DNA of 64,000 bases from Candidatus Magasanikiibacteriota bacterium. Lineage in GTDB: Bacteria > Patescibacteriota > Patescibacteriia > Magasanikbacterales > 2-02-FULL-50-9b. Position 1 is the stretch's first letter; every line of letters begins with the position of its first letter. The notes beneath the pieces are model-generated. The model was not told where the DNA came from. It did no database searches and saw nothing but the letters and a program-made list of their open reading frames with translations. The stretch covers positions 66,144 through 130,143 of the forward strand of contig CAITMK010000014.1 of the NCBI GenBank assembly GCA_903893485.1, written 5' to 3'. A program made the position numbers and the translations under genes. Of this stretch, positions 40,389-50,782 are shown piece by piece.

Positions 40389-40805
40389 ATGGCACGCGTA
40401 AAACGAGGTACAATTCGCGCAAAAAAGCGCTCAGCCATTTTGAAAAACACCAAGGGTTACATGTGGGGTCGCAAAAACCGCATCCGCATGGCTAAAGAAG
40501 CTATCTTGCACTCAGGTGTGCAGTCTTTTCAGGCTCGCCGCAAGAAAAAGGGTGTTGCACGCGCAGCATGGCACATCCAAATCAATGCAGCCGTACGTCC
40601 ATTTGGCACCAACTATTCCAAGTTCATGGATGCTTTGAAAAAGGCAAACATCACCTTGAACCGCAAAATGCTTGCTGAATTGGGTATTAACCACCCAGAT
40701 GTATTTGCAGCAATCGTAAAGAAAGTTGTGGTTCCAACAGAACCAAAAGCCCCTAAAGCTGCAAAAGCTCCAAAGGCAAAAAAAGTAGCGAAAGCAAAAG
40801 CATAA
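40389..40805 (+). CDS. rplT: 50S ribosomal protein L20 with a Lys/Ala-rich tail
   Basis: MARVKRG, QINAAVR, LNRKMLAEL. Confidence 0.96.
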   Translation: MARVKRGTIRAKKRSAILKNTKGYMWGRKNRIRMAKEAILHSGVQSFQARRKKKGVARAAWHIQINAAVRPFGTNYSKFMDALKKANITLNRKMLAELGINHPDVFAAIVKKVVVPTEPKAPKAAKAPKAKKVAKAKA

Positions 40806-40842
40806 TCTCAACCGAGGTGGCGCGCGCTGGCCACCTCGATAT

Positions 40843-40919
40843 GGACTGGTAGCTCAGCTGGTTAGAGCGTCCGCCTGTCACGCGGAAGGTCGAGGGTCCG
40901 AGTCCCTTCCAGTCCGCCA
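40843..40919 (+). tRNA. tRNA-Asp(GTC)
   Basis: GGACTGG/CCAGTCC acceptor stem, anticodon loop CTGTCAC, encoded CCA. Confidence 0.96.
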
Positions 40920-40920
40920 T

Positions 40921-40952
40921 AAAAAATACCACCTCATGAGGTGGTATTTTTT
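40921..40952. terminator. Intrinsic terminator after tRNA-Asp
   Basis: A6-TACCACCTC-AT-GAGGTGGTA-T6. Confidence 0.8.
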
Positions 40953-41221
40953 ATGTCTGATTCGAAGTAAGGGACTCGGAGGGCGAGCACGCAACCGAGC
41001 GTGCGCAGGTTGCATCGTGCGAGCCCAGGCCCGAAGGAGCGACATGGTTCGCGACTGAGGCGAGTCCCGCCACCACTCTCACAACTACCATATAAAATGT
41101 TTAACATTTTAATTTCAAATTGTTACACATTTTTTCTGCAATAAAAAAACACCCATCTCTCACCGCGAAATTCTGCGGATAAAGAGACGGGTGGTGGAAT
41201 ACGCTCACGCGCAAACCACTG

Positions 41222-41821
41222 TTATTCGGGGATGTTTTCCAAGTGCCAGTCGATGCTGCCATCATCAACTTCTTCCCCACCCGGAATCAGCATGGTGTAA
41301 TGGTAGTCCTGAGTGCTGACGAATCCATGCTCAACCACATTGTCAGGAATGAAAATCGGAGTGAGGCGAACGCGCACATCACACTGATCCGCATTGCAAA
41401 CCACAAGCAGCAGCGCGGCGTGCGTGCGATCGTTGCGATTGATCCATCGTTGCACTGGGGTGAGCACGTCACCATCCTGGTACAACCACGTCCTGCCGTC
41501 CTCGCTGGTTGTGCCGTGAGCAAACAAAACACCGATGCCCGAACGCTGCGTGCGTTCACCCCGAAGACGGACGTACTCCAAAAACTTTGGATCGATCTTC
41601 CGAACAAACATCTGGTGAATGTCTCGATCCAAGTAATCTTCAACGCTCTGTGATCGCTCAGTCGGCGAAGACTCTTTGCCAAGCATTTTCTGCACCGCTC
41701 CCACAAACTGCAGATCCTGCGGGCGCGGTGGCGTCGCAATTTCAAGCCGGCGCTCTGCTTCAATATCGCTGCTCACATGAACAAAAAACCCGGGGAATTC
41801 CTTACTTTCAACAACACGCAT
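41222..41821 (-). CDS. Hypothetical protein (SD-led unit)
   Basis: AGGAGG SD; TTGACA-N17-TAGATT promoter; 3' hairpin at 41143-41193. Confidence 0.72.
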   Translation of the reverse strand: MRVVESKEFPGFFVHVSSDIEAERRLEIATPPRPQDLQFVGAVQKMLGKESSPTERSQSVEDYLDRDIHQMFVRKIDPKFLEYVRLRGERTQRSGIGVLFAHGTTSEDGRTWLYQDGDVLTPVQRWINRNDRTHAALLLVVCNADQCDVRVRLTPIFIPDNVVEHGFVSTQDYHYTMLIPGGEEVDDGSIDWHLENIPE

Positions 41822-42011
41822 GTGCCCTCCTGTGTTAAACGTTGTCAGAGCGAGAGTTGATTGAAATTCAATCTAGCAAAAAGACGGACTTTTGTCAACC
41901 GTGGTATTCAACAAATACGCCGTCTTCTCTTCAATAAAAAAATCGCACCCACCCCTCACATCGTCATTAAGTTCATGATGGAAAGAGGGATGGGCACCGC
42001 GTCGCTTGCGA

Positions 42012-42785
42012 TCACGGGTAGGCTTGGACAAATTCAGCGATCAATTGGTCCAAGTGCGGAAGTAGTACGGCTCGCACCTCCTGATCCGCGCATTCTTCGT
42101 ACTTCGCAATCTGCACAGCAAGTTCAGTGAGCTTTTCGAGTCGCTGCACTTCAAAGGTCTGATCAATCAGCGCCTCTTCGCGCGCAGCGATTGCCGCCTG
42201 ACGTGCCACGACGATCTCCAGCGACGCAGACAGCGTCGACTTGCGATCATCGAACGCACGCTGCAGCTCGGCCGTGAGCTCCTCTGGCAAGCCAGAGATG
42301 TTGCGCTCATGCGACGCGGACAGCTCAATCAGCTGAGTCTGCAGACGGGCCTGCTTCGACTGCAGAGCCGCTGACTCATTCCGGAGGCTCGCGAGCTCGA
42401 CACTGCGCCGCTTTGCACGCCCTGCGGTGTCGCTAAGATGCGCGACCACCTCCTTGTGTGCAGGCGCGCGGCGCATGAAGTACAACCGAGCACGCGAAAG
42501 GCTGTCTGTCGCCCACGCGACCAGCCCCAAAGTAAGCGCCACCAAAGTAAAGGCGCTAAACAGACCGCCAATCCAGTGGGTCTCGGTCCCGTTGCACACG
42601 TCATTCCCTGAATGATAGTTCTGATAGCAATCAGGCACCTCATCCAGAAACATGTGCTTGATCACGTCCCACGCGTATGGTTGGATCCACACCATGGCCA
42701 AAAGAGCTGCGATAGCCCCAGTGACGATCCACACACCTTTGAGTGGGAACCAAACAACTGCTTTCTCGCGAATTTTAAGGTACAT
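42012..42785 (-). CDS. Two-TM plus coiled-coil hypothetical protein (SD-led unit)
   Basis: AGGAG SD; TTGACA-N17-TATATT promoter; 3' hairpin at 41936-41997. Confidence 0.75.
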   Translation of the reverse strand: MYLKIREKAVVWFPLKGVWIVTGAIAALLAMVWIQPYAWDVIKHMFLDEVPDCYQNYHSGNDVCNGTETHWIGGLFSAFTLVALTLGLVAWATDSLSRARLYFMRRAPAHKEVVAHLSDTAGRAKRRSVELASLRNESAALQSKQARLQTQLIELSASHERNISGLPEELTAELQRAFDDRKSTLSASLEIVVARQAAIAAREEALIDQTFEVQRLEKLTELAVQIAKYEECADQEVRAVLLPHLDQLIAEFVQAYP

Positions 42786-43008
42786 TTGCAACTCCTACAA
42801 AAATCGACTCAGTCAGAAGTGCGACGCGTCGTGCGCCCCCTCTCTCGCAATTACCCGTTCAGTGGGCTCGACTGGATGTGCTTTTTTAGCACAACAAAGC
42901 AATATAACACAAAAAACAAGATTTGTCAATCCTATATCAATCGCTATCTGACCGAAACGTATTGGTACAACGCCATTCACCCGTGCTACAATTACACAAT
43001 AATACGTT

Positions 43009-43467
43009 ATGTATTTTTACAATTTGTTAGACTTCGTTGGTCTGTTTTTGTTCTTAAGTGGCTTTGTGATCGGCCTCGGCGCAGTAACCGTTATTGATAT
43101 CCATGGTTTTTTAGGACGCACATCTTCATACTGGACGGAAGCAACGACGCGAACTCATAAAGTAACCAAGCCGCTCATCTGGGTTGGTATTATCCTTGCT
43201 ACTATTGGCGGTCTTATTTTTTATCGCACCGCATCATTCAATGGTATCCCGCGCATTCACGCATTTCTTGCACTCGTACTCATCTGCAACGGATATTTCC
43301 TTTCGTTTAAAGTCAGTCCATATATGCTCGAGCGCGAACAGCGAGGCGACGCTGGCAAACTACTTCCTGCATCATGGCAACGTAAGATTGTGGTTAGTCT
43401 TATTGTATCTGACATTGGCTGGTGGGGTGGACTTGCACTGCTTGTTATGTACCTCATCCGACGATAA
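43009..43467 (+). CDS. Hypothetical 4-TM membrane protein
   Basis: Hydrophobic ORF; GFVIGLGAVTVID. Confidence 0.75.
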   Translation: MYFYNLLDFVGLFLFLSGFVIGLGAVTVIDIHGFLGRTSSYWTEATTRTHKVTKPLIWVGIILATIGGLIFYRTASFNGIPRIHAFLALVLICNGYFLSFKVSPYMLEREQRGDAGKLLPASWQRKIVVSLIVSDIGWWGGLALLVMYLIRR

Positions 43468-43472
43468 GATTA

Positions 43473-43997
43473 ATGAAGCGTATGAAAAAAATCGTAATCG
43501 TTAACGACAAAATGCAGCGCGGGTATCGATACGAACTCACCGCGCCCATTGGTAAACAATTTGATCCAGCCTTTAAACCGAAGCTTACACCAAAACAAAT
43601 GCTTGCGCTCGGTATCTTTGGGGGTGTATACATGCGCGACTGCATCAAAGAATTTCCAAAAGATTGGTTTCCCCGTGCAAAATTTCAGAAAAAAGAATTG
43701 CACATACCTGACGCACACATTAATTATTTTCAGGTGAACGCAAGCCAGCCGCTGTCTGTATGGAAAAAGAAAGGTTGGATATACCGCGATGACCCACGAG
43801 GATGGTTCCAGTGGTACTGCCGTTATTACATGGGTCGACGCTTACCTCTTGAAGACTTGCGCCAAATCAAACGGTGGAAAGCTATTGTGCGTCATGTTGC
43901 GCAGCTCAAAAAACATTGCGCCATAGGTGACAGAGCATGCCGACCAGTTCAACGCCAAGCGCTCTTGCACTGGGCATACGACAGCAGAAAATTATAA
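43473..43997 (+). CDS. Conserved hypothetical protein
   Basis: LTPKQMLALGIFGGVY, DPRGWFQWYCRYYMGRR, RQALLHWAYD, recognised as a widespread uncharacterised family. Confidence 0.8.
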   Translation: MKRMKKIVIVNDKMQRGYRYELTAPIGKQFDPAFKPKLTPKQMLALGIFGGVYMRDCIKEFPKDWFPRAKFQKKELHIPDAHINYFQVNASQPLSVWKKKGWIYRDDPRGWFQWYCRYYMGRRLPLEDLRQIKRWKAIVRHVAQLKKHCAIGDRACRPVQRQALLHWAYDSRKL

Positions 43998-44122
43998 ACT
44001 AACTAAACTACAAACTTATTTCTTCCAATAGCATGTTGGTTTTTTTATCGAACTGCATGCACCAATCCGCGTTATTCCTTCGTATACTATACAAGTTATA
44101 TATTAATTTTATACATACTAAT

Positions 44123-44548
44123 ATGAAGGTCAAATCCTTTATTGCATTATCGGTCATCGCACCAACCTTACTCATGTCAACAGTTGCATTTGCCGCCACT
44201 ACCCCAACGTCTGCTCCAAGCGCAAAACATGAGCGTGCAGAAACGGCAGCCACCAAAAAAACAGAAAATACCACATTAAACGCAGCGATTGCTGCGGCAA
44301 AGGCTACCTATAAATCTTCAATTACTGCAGCTGATCAAGCATATGCTGCCGCAACAACAGATGCAAAAACTACCTATACAGCCGCAACAAAGTCTGCAAA
44401 TAAAGACAAGGCAGCAATTGCTGCAGCTAAAGCAGCTCGCACGGCAACACTCACCCAGGCTAAAGCTACCCGTAAAGCTGCGCACGATGCGGCTACTGCA
44501 GCTCTTAAGCAAGCTAAGGCTGCTGCAAAAACAGCATCAGCTCAGTAA
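44123..44548 (+). CDS. Secreted Ala/Lys-rich helical protein
   Basis: Signal peptide ending AFA; AAKA repeats; terminator at 44567-44595. Confidence 0.8.
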   Translation: MKVKSFIALSVIAPTLLMSTVAFAATTPTSAPSAKHERAETAATKKTENTTLNAAIAAAKATYKSSITAADQAYAAATTDAKTTYTAATKSANKDKAAIAAAKAARTATLTQAKATRKAAHDAATAALKQAKAAAKTASAQ

Positions 44549-44608
44549 ATTTAATTAAATAAGTTTTAAAAATACCCCGTCACTGGGGTATTTTTAAATT
44601 CTTTGAAT

Positions 44609-44730
44609 AAAAAAATCGCACCCACCCTGTTGCCGTTACAGCATTGGATTGGGTGCGGCGCATTCACTCGAATGTACCACCTTCCTGCAATTGTTAAGTT
44701 GGGTGCCCAGAAACCCGATTTTCTGCTGGA
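44609..44730 (-). ncRNA. Candidate small RNA or empty cassette unit
   Basis: TTGATA-N17-TATCTT promoter (44737-44765), about 120 nt with no convincing ORF, ending in a cassette-type hairpin plus T7. Confidence 0.45.
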
Positions 44731-44839
44731 CCAAACAAGATACCATAAAAAATGGCGTGTATCAATCATGTCGACGTTATTAAAATAAATTAAAAAATCC
44801 ACCCTTCCGAGTGGATTTTTGAAATACTGCCCTGAATTT

Positions 44840-47800
44840 TCACTTCTTGGTAGCGTTTATGACTTTTCGAGTATAGTCATAGAAGTTCCTAGTTCCTTTT
44901 TTCAATTTCAGTGGCTTCAAAATAAGCGCTGCGTTTGCTTCCTGAAATTTCGTGATCGCTTTAGCAGTTGCCTGACTAAAACGCGTCGTCTCATTTCCTG
45001 GCGACCCAGGACCAGACTTTGCCACAACAAATCCATTTGTGTTCAAGAATTTTTGCAGCTCTTTTACATCAGCACCTGTTGCACCAATTTTCAGATTACG
45101 CGTAAATACATACGTATTTTTTATTGATTGAGCTTCAGAAACCGCGGTTTTGTCGAGTAACGATTTTACATCAAGCACCGCATTATTCTGCTTTAAATCA
45201 GTAAGTGCAATCGAAATGTCTGGGATTTTATCGTTATCAAGGTCAACTGAAACCAACTTCGCAAGTTTGAGTGTAAAAATTTGCGGAGTAGATTCAACAC
45301 GAATTGTTACCGTACCAGCTGCATAATCGATTGACACAATCGTAATGTGATGCGTTTGATCTGTGTATGTCTGACTCACGGGCGCGATAACCGTAGTCTG
45401 TACGCTCGCCGCGCCAGCTACAACTGCCGGAGGTGCGCCCGCCGCATCAACATGAACTAATGATTGCGTTTCGCCCGCCGCAACAGGGGCTGCAGGAGGA
45501 GGAGTTACTGATTGGACTGGCGGCTGAACTGGCGGAAGAGTCGTCGCTGGTGTTTGTACCGGAGTATCAGAATGTGAATCATTAGAATGCTCAGCCGGAG
45601 TTGGAGTTGGGCTTGGAGTACTAATTGCATTCCCACTGCCCCCACTACTGCTACCGCCGCCACCAACCTGACAAGGATTAGTTGTAACCGTTTGATCTCC
45701 ACTATAAACCGTACCTCCCAAATAAGTTGCGCGAGCACGATAATGATAAAGCGTATTACACTGAAGCCCTGTTAATGTCGTCGAAAACGAATTAGAGGAA
45801 AATCCATCTTCTTTTGTTTCATTTGTAGTCATTCCGTAACTATCCGTTAAACCATAGTCAAAACCGCGAGCCGTTGCGAGCGAATCATCAAGAGGATTGA
45901 AATTACCCACAACAACCACGTAACCATTCCAAACGCCGGGAGAACTCGATGCGGTAACGGTCGCGCTAAGCGAATTCGTAATTACCAGTTGCAGCAAATC
46001 AGTATTAAGGGAATGATGAATGCCTTGCGGCGCATTCACATACGTACCCCAATTAATTGCACGAGTATTATAAGTGCTCTGATATGCATTATGATCCGCA
46101 TCAGTTGGATAATTTTCAGTTTCTGTGTGATACGGATATTGCGTCATCTCGTTAAACGGTAATGGCGCTATCGTATCACCCGTTGGGTTGTGATATGACT
46201 TGTGGAAATCCCATGTTTTGTACAAGAAGTCTCGGGTTGTGCCTGGTGCTTGTACTGGCACATGATATTTGAGTGCTAATTCGTCACCCTGCGTTGCAAT
46301 AACAAATTTGTTATCAACATCCGTCACCAATGGCAACACATCACCATAACGCGTTGCATTTCCCGAAACCGGATTACCACCACCAACTGTTTTTGCGAGG
46401 CGGTCGTACACCGGCTGTGAAATTTGCATAAGCGGATCTTCAGGATCAGCACTTGTTAGTTCTGAAACACCGCGAAAATGCAAATCGGCATAATATGGCG
46501 CAAGGTTTGTTACCGTAACTGCCTGATCAGGACTCGTATCAACCGCCATCCAATTAATTACCCAGCGAAGCAAATTATTTGATGACCAAATACGAATTTC
46601 GTTGTCCTTGATATTCAGGCCAGACAAATCAATAACCTTTGTATCCATGCCATACGTGTTGGAATAGTTACGCGTACTTGTTGCCGTTCCGATACGCGTA
46701 CTATTAAACGGATCGTATTGCGCAGGAACATTCACAAAGACACCGCTTGAGTTTTTGTACTGTAATTTGTCTGAGCCGGTCCCACCACTTTGCGGACCTT
46801 CTTTGCCGCGTTTAATGACTAATTTCAAATGCGCTGGTGTTGATGTTGCATTTGATAATTTAATCGTTACATACGTTGGAATTTCTGTTTTTGAACTATG
46901 CCACGACAAATGATCATCATTTGCAATAAGCGATGTCACATCGATTCCATCTTGGTCTACAACTCTTACTGGCGCAGGAGCAGTCTTACTAATCGTATGA
47001 ATCTGTCGGTTGTTTCGATAATCTGGAAATACATCAACACTCGGATCATGATCAATTACCTGCAGTGCGGCCTGATCATAGTAGTTGACTTCATTCAACT
47101 CGAACGAAGTTTTGACATCATAATATGTTTCATCGCCTATAGTACGAGGTATGAGTTCACCGTGCGGAATTTTTACGTATGATTCAGGATTTGGAAATGC
47201 CATGGCCTTATAAAACGGCGTCGCTTTCCATTGATTTAAGTCACCACCAGAACCAAGCGTCGATGCACTCGAGGCATCAATGATGAAATTATATTTTGAC
47301 CCGTCATATGTCCACACAAACGGACATGAAGATGACAAGCCGTAGAGCATGCTATATTCATCGCTTGTGGTAATATTTCCTTCAGCATTAATTGAACGTA
47401 CACGATAATACCAACGAGAGCCCGATGTATCCTCGAACGTTGCACCAGCGTCCGCAGAGGCCCAGATATCCCCACCCCATGCGCCGATCAGTAATGTGCT
47501 ACCATCAGACGATGCAGCGGTCGACATCCAACATCCACTCAGCGTTGAATGCAATACCCATGTGACACCACCATCAGTTGAGGTATACATATTACCACAA
47601 TCCACACCCACGATAATTTTTTGGCCATCCGCAGAAACTGAAACGGTTTGCCAACCTGAATACCCAGGACCCGATTGCGCGATCCATGTAGCCCCGCCAT
47701 CGGTAGAAATATTTACAGTGTTAATATTCGAACCTACGGTAACCAATACATTTCCAGTTGCATCTGACGAAATAGCTTGCCAGTTTCCATAGCCCGATGC

Positions 47801-50668
47801 ATTGCCTTGCGTTGACCAATCCGTACCACCATTTGAGGTTGTGTAGACATATCCATTGTCCATGGTAGCAGCGACCTTATTTCCAGCAGCATTCATAGCG
47901 ATGCCTGTCCAATACTGTGTACCTGCGTTATCCTGACGCGTCCATACCCACGCACCATCTGTTTTGGTAGCAAGCCATATATAGCCGTAATCAGAGGCCG
48001 CAGCAATTTTTGTGCCATCACTATTCATTGTGATGCCCTGCCATCCAGCCGTACCTGGATCGGTTTGCTGCGTCCATACCCATGAGCCATCAATCAAATC
48101 CCCAGTCCAAATTGAGCTATTTGTTGCAGCAGCTACCACGTGATCGCCAGCGGTATCTTCGGCAACCGCACGCCAACAATTGCTGCCAGGATCATTTTGT
48201 AGTGTCCATGTCCACACACCATCGGTCTTAACACCAAGATACAAACTGTTACACCAATTTGCAGCAATTGCACGGTCACCTGCACCGTCAACTGCTAATC
48301 CATACCACAGCTTTCCGTTTGTATTATTCAGCGCTGGAGTAAGTGCATGCTGAGTTTCCATGTTGCTATCTGCAAGATGGTTTGCGTAATCATCCCAACT
48401 CGCATGCGAGATTGTGTCATACGCAATCATACTTGTTGATGAAGCATCGGTTGTCCACTGAATTGGAAGCAAGCCGCCATTTGCACCAACATTGGTAATC
48501 GTTACCGGACTGAAACTACTATCCGCCTGCGCTAATACCCACGAAGCTCCATCACCATCCTTGTACTGCGTGCCAGTCTTGTCTCCCGATAGCGTACAAT
48601 CCGTACCGCAATGCGCGGATCCAAGATGTTCCCACGCTGATGACAAAAAATTCCAAATCGAAATTGAAACTTGCTTGCCGTCTGGCACCGCACCATGACC
48701 CTGCCAATTAACCGTAAACTTTGGCTGGGTAATTCCCGTAAAATCCGTCGTAAATTTAAATACCTGAGAATCGAAACCGTTATCAATCTGAGAAAGTGCC
48801 GTGGTTAAATACGAACCATCGTGTGCGAGAATTGGATCGAATGAGCCAAACGCACTTCCTGGTTCTTCCGGTGTGGTACTCGCATTTGCGCTTTCATACG
48901 CAGCCACTGCGTTTGAGGTTATATTTGTTGGCGCATACGAAAAATTTAGAATTGCACTACCGTTATTTTCATAATATTCAACTGTAATAGTATGATCGCC
49001 CGCAGATAATGTTTCAACTTGAGTATCTGGACTCCATGGCGCATCACCACGATTTTGCCAACCATCCATTATGAGTGCCCCGTCAAGATACACTTTTGCA
49101 CCGTCATCGCTATCATCCTGAAACAAATAATCACCCGCATCAAAATGCGTCGTCTTACTAAATCGAGCAAGAAAGCCGTCGTTATTAATACCATTGCCCG
49201 GCGAACCATTTGCCCAATTAAATGCAATCACACGAGAGTTTGCGATATATGTCGGTGCAGTGGTTGGAAACTGAGGTCTGCTTGATGCGCCAGTTGGCAC
49301 ATTCCAATATTCAGCCAAATAGGAATCAGAATTCCCCCTCTCAAGTGGCCATAGATACGCAACATATGAATCATCAACGCCGCTAAAATAATAAATTTGA
49401 TCAACAGACGAAAAATATGTTTCCCCATCTAGATAACCGGGTTTTGTAAAATTAAATGCGATATTTGATCCATCAGAGCAGGAAGCAGCGTCGGGCGGCA
49501 TACCCACAACTTGCCCGTTTACATCCGTGGTGCCAAACTCTGTCCACGAACCATTGCAAAGCACTTTTACGTCCGCGCCGGAAATTGGTGTGCTGGTTGA
49601 GCTCAGCAAATTAAATTGCACATGGCCAAGCGCTGGACCGGAATTGTTTGCGTTCCATGTGGCGCCAGCATCGGAAGAGTTATAAAAATCGCCATATCTT
49701 TTCGCCGCAAGCCACATGTCACCATTTGTGTTAACCGCAACCGCGCCCCAATCAGCTGAGCCAGATGCATTATCATGGCTCGACCACGTTGCTCCACCAT
49801 TTTCTGATGTATACACATAACCACTATCGCCGGTCGAGAATCCATCGACAATATATTTATTTCCAGCGGAATTCACCGCAACAGAATTCCAATAGTGTGC
49901 CCCCAGATCAGTCATCGGTGTCCAATTCTGCCCCGCATCAGACGAAAGAAAAACATAGCCATATCCATACTCATCAGCTATCAAATTATTTCCACTCGCA
50001 TCAGATGCGATATTTTCCCAATTATGCGTGGTGTTCGTACCACTATTATTTGTCCAGGTGGCGCCATAATCTAATGAGGTATACACGTATCCATTATTTT
50101 GGTCAGTGGCAAATAATTTATCACCGAGGGCGTTTGAAGCAACTGAATACCAATAATGAATACCTACGGTCTTACGATCAGTCCATGTAGCACCATAGTC
50201 TGTCGAGGTCCATAAATCGCCAAGATTTTCTGACACAATAAGTTTGTCGCCCGCAGCATTTGAGGCGATCATATGTGCATTATGCGATCCTGTTATTGTT
50301 TGTCTTGTCCAGGTAAGGCCCGAGTCCGCGGAGACAAATACATGCCCTGATCCCTGTTCCAAAGCTGCAAAATGTGTGCCATCCCCAGATGATGCAATTG
50401 AAATCCAGCATCGATAACCCGCATTCGTACGTGCGGTCCATGTCGCACCACTATCGGTCGAGGTATAAAGATATCCACACCATGAACCCGCAATTACTTT
50501 AGTTCCGTCTGCTGAAGCCGCAAAGGTATTCCAGCTGTATGCTGCACCCGATGCAAGTACACGAGGGGTGTGCGAAAATAAAAAAACTGTAATTGCGAGC
50601 GCACATACTCCAATTACAGAAACCGCACAGAATAAAATTTTTTGTTTAAGGGTTTGCGGATGGGACAT
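44840..50668 (-). CDS. 1942-aa multidomain surface protein: BNR beta-propellers, PA14, Fn3-like, ASPIC/UnbV-associated-like domain, peptidoglycan-binding C-terminus
   Basis: SxDxGxTW repeats; SDDGAKVYLDG..HTITVEYYE; SCPFVWTYDG..PLPFNEMTQYPY; FTRNLKIGATGADVKELQKFLN. Confidence 0.88.
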   Translation of the reverse strand: MSHPQTLKQKILFCAVSVIGVCALAITVFLFSHTPRVLASGAAYSWNTFAASADGTKVIAGSWCGYLYTSTDSGATWTARTNAGYRCWISIASSGDGTHFAALEQGSGHVFVSADSGLTWTRQTITGSHNAHMIASNAAGDKLIVSENLGDLWTSTDYGATWTDRKTVGIHYWYSVASNALGDKLFATDQNNGYVYTSLDYGATWTNNSGTNTTHNWENIASDASGNNLIADEYGYGYVFLSSDAGQNWTPMTDLGAHYWNSVAVNSAGNKYIVDGFSTGDSGYVYTSENGGATWSSHDNASGSADWGAVAVNTNGDMWLAAKRYGDFYNSSDAGATWNANNSGPALGHVQFNLLSSTSTPISGADVKVLCNGSWTEFGTTDVNGQVVGMPPDAASCSDGSNIAFNFTKPGYLDGETYFSSVDQIYYFSGVDDSYVAYLWPLERGNSDSYLAEYWNVPTGASSRPQFPTTAPTYIANSRVIAFNWANGSPGNGINNDGFLARFSKTTHFDAGDYLFQDDSDDGAKVYLDGALIMDGWQNRGDAPWSPDTQVETLSAGDHTITVEYYENNGSAILNFSYAPTNITSNAVAAYESANASTTPEEPGSAFGSFDPILAHDGSYLTTALSQIDNGFDSQVFKFTTDFTGITQPKFTVNWQGHGAVPDGKQVSISIWNFLSSAWEHLGSAHCGTDCTLSGDKTGTQYKDGDGASWVLAQADSSFSPVTITNVGANGGLLPIQWTTDASSTSMIAYDTISHASWDDYANHLADSNMETQHALTPALNNTNGKLWYGLAVDGAGDRAIAANWCNSLYLGVKTDGVWTWTLQNDPGSNCWRAVAEDTAGDHVVAAATNSSIWTGDLIDGSWVWTQQTDPGTAGWQGITMNSDGTKIAAASDYGYIWLATKTDGAWVWTRQDNAGTQYWTGIAMNAAGNKVAATMDNGYVYTTSNGGTDWSTQGNASGYGNWQAISSDATGNVLVTVGSNINTVNISTDGGATWIAQSGPGYSGWQTVSVSADGQKIIVGVDCGNMYTSTDGGVTWVLHSTLSGCWMSTAASSDGSTLLIGAWGGDIWASADAGATFEDTSGSRWYYRVRSINAEGNITTSDEYSMLYGLSSSCPFVWTYDGSKYNFIIDASSASTLGSGGDLNQWKATPFYKAMAFPNPESYVKIPHGELIPRTIGDETYYDVKTSFELNEVNYYDQAALQVIDHDPSVDVFPDYRNNRQIHTISKTAPAPVRVVDQDGIDVTSLIANDDHLSWHSSKTEIPTYVTIKLSNATSTPAHLKLVIKRGKEGPQSGGTGSDKLQYKNSSGVFVNVPAQYDPFNSTRIGTATSTRNYSNTYGMDTKVIDLSGLNIKDNEIRIWSSNNLLRWVINWMAVDTSPDQAVTVTNLAPYYADLHFRGVSELTSADPEDPLMQISQPVYDRLAKTVGGGNPVSGNATRYGDVLPLVTDVDNKFVIATQGDELALKYHVPVQAPGTTRDFLYKTWDFHKSYHNPTGDTIAPLPFNEMTQYPYHTETENYPTDADHNAYQSTYNTRAINWGTYVNAPQGIHHSLNTDLLQLVITNSLSATVTASSSPGVWNGYVVVVGNFNPLDDSLATARGFDYGLTDSYGMTTNETKEDGFSSNSFSTTLTGLQCNTLYHYRARATYLGGTVYSGDQTVTTNPCQVGGGGSSSGGSGNAISTPSPTPTPAEHSNDSHSDTPVQTPATTLPPVQPPVQSVTPPPAAPVAAGETQSLVHVDAAGAPPAVVAGAASVQTTVIAPVSQTYTDQTHHITIVSIDYAAGTVTIRVESTPQIFTLKLAKLVSVDLDNDKIPDISIALTDLKQNNAVLDVKSLLDKTAVSEAQSIKNTYVFTRNLKIGATGADVKELQKFLNTNGFVVAKSGPGSPGNETTRFSQATAKAITKFQEANAALILKPLKLKKGTRNFYDYTRKVINATKK

Positions 50669-50782
50669 AGGATAGGTACGAAGTAAAACTTAATTGCCAA
50701 TTATTATATCAAAAAAAATGCTCGTCGCCTATGACGAGCGCAAAACTCTTAATAAAAAGAAGATCTAAAATTTGCAACAGCT

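Noticed and set aside
34859-44084. TGAACC-N17-CGTA (before 34896) and TGCACC-N17-CGTA (before 44123) as targets of the local ECF sigma
   Set aside because: Suggestive because both genes encode secreted proteins, but sequence and spacing differ from TGTAAC-N16-CGTC. Two short matches are not enough.
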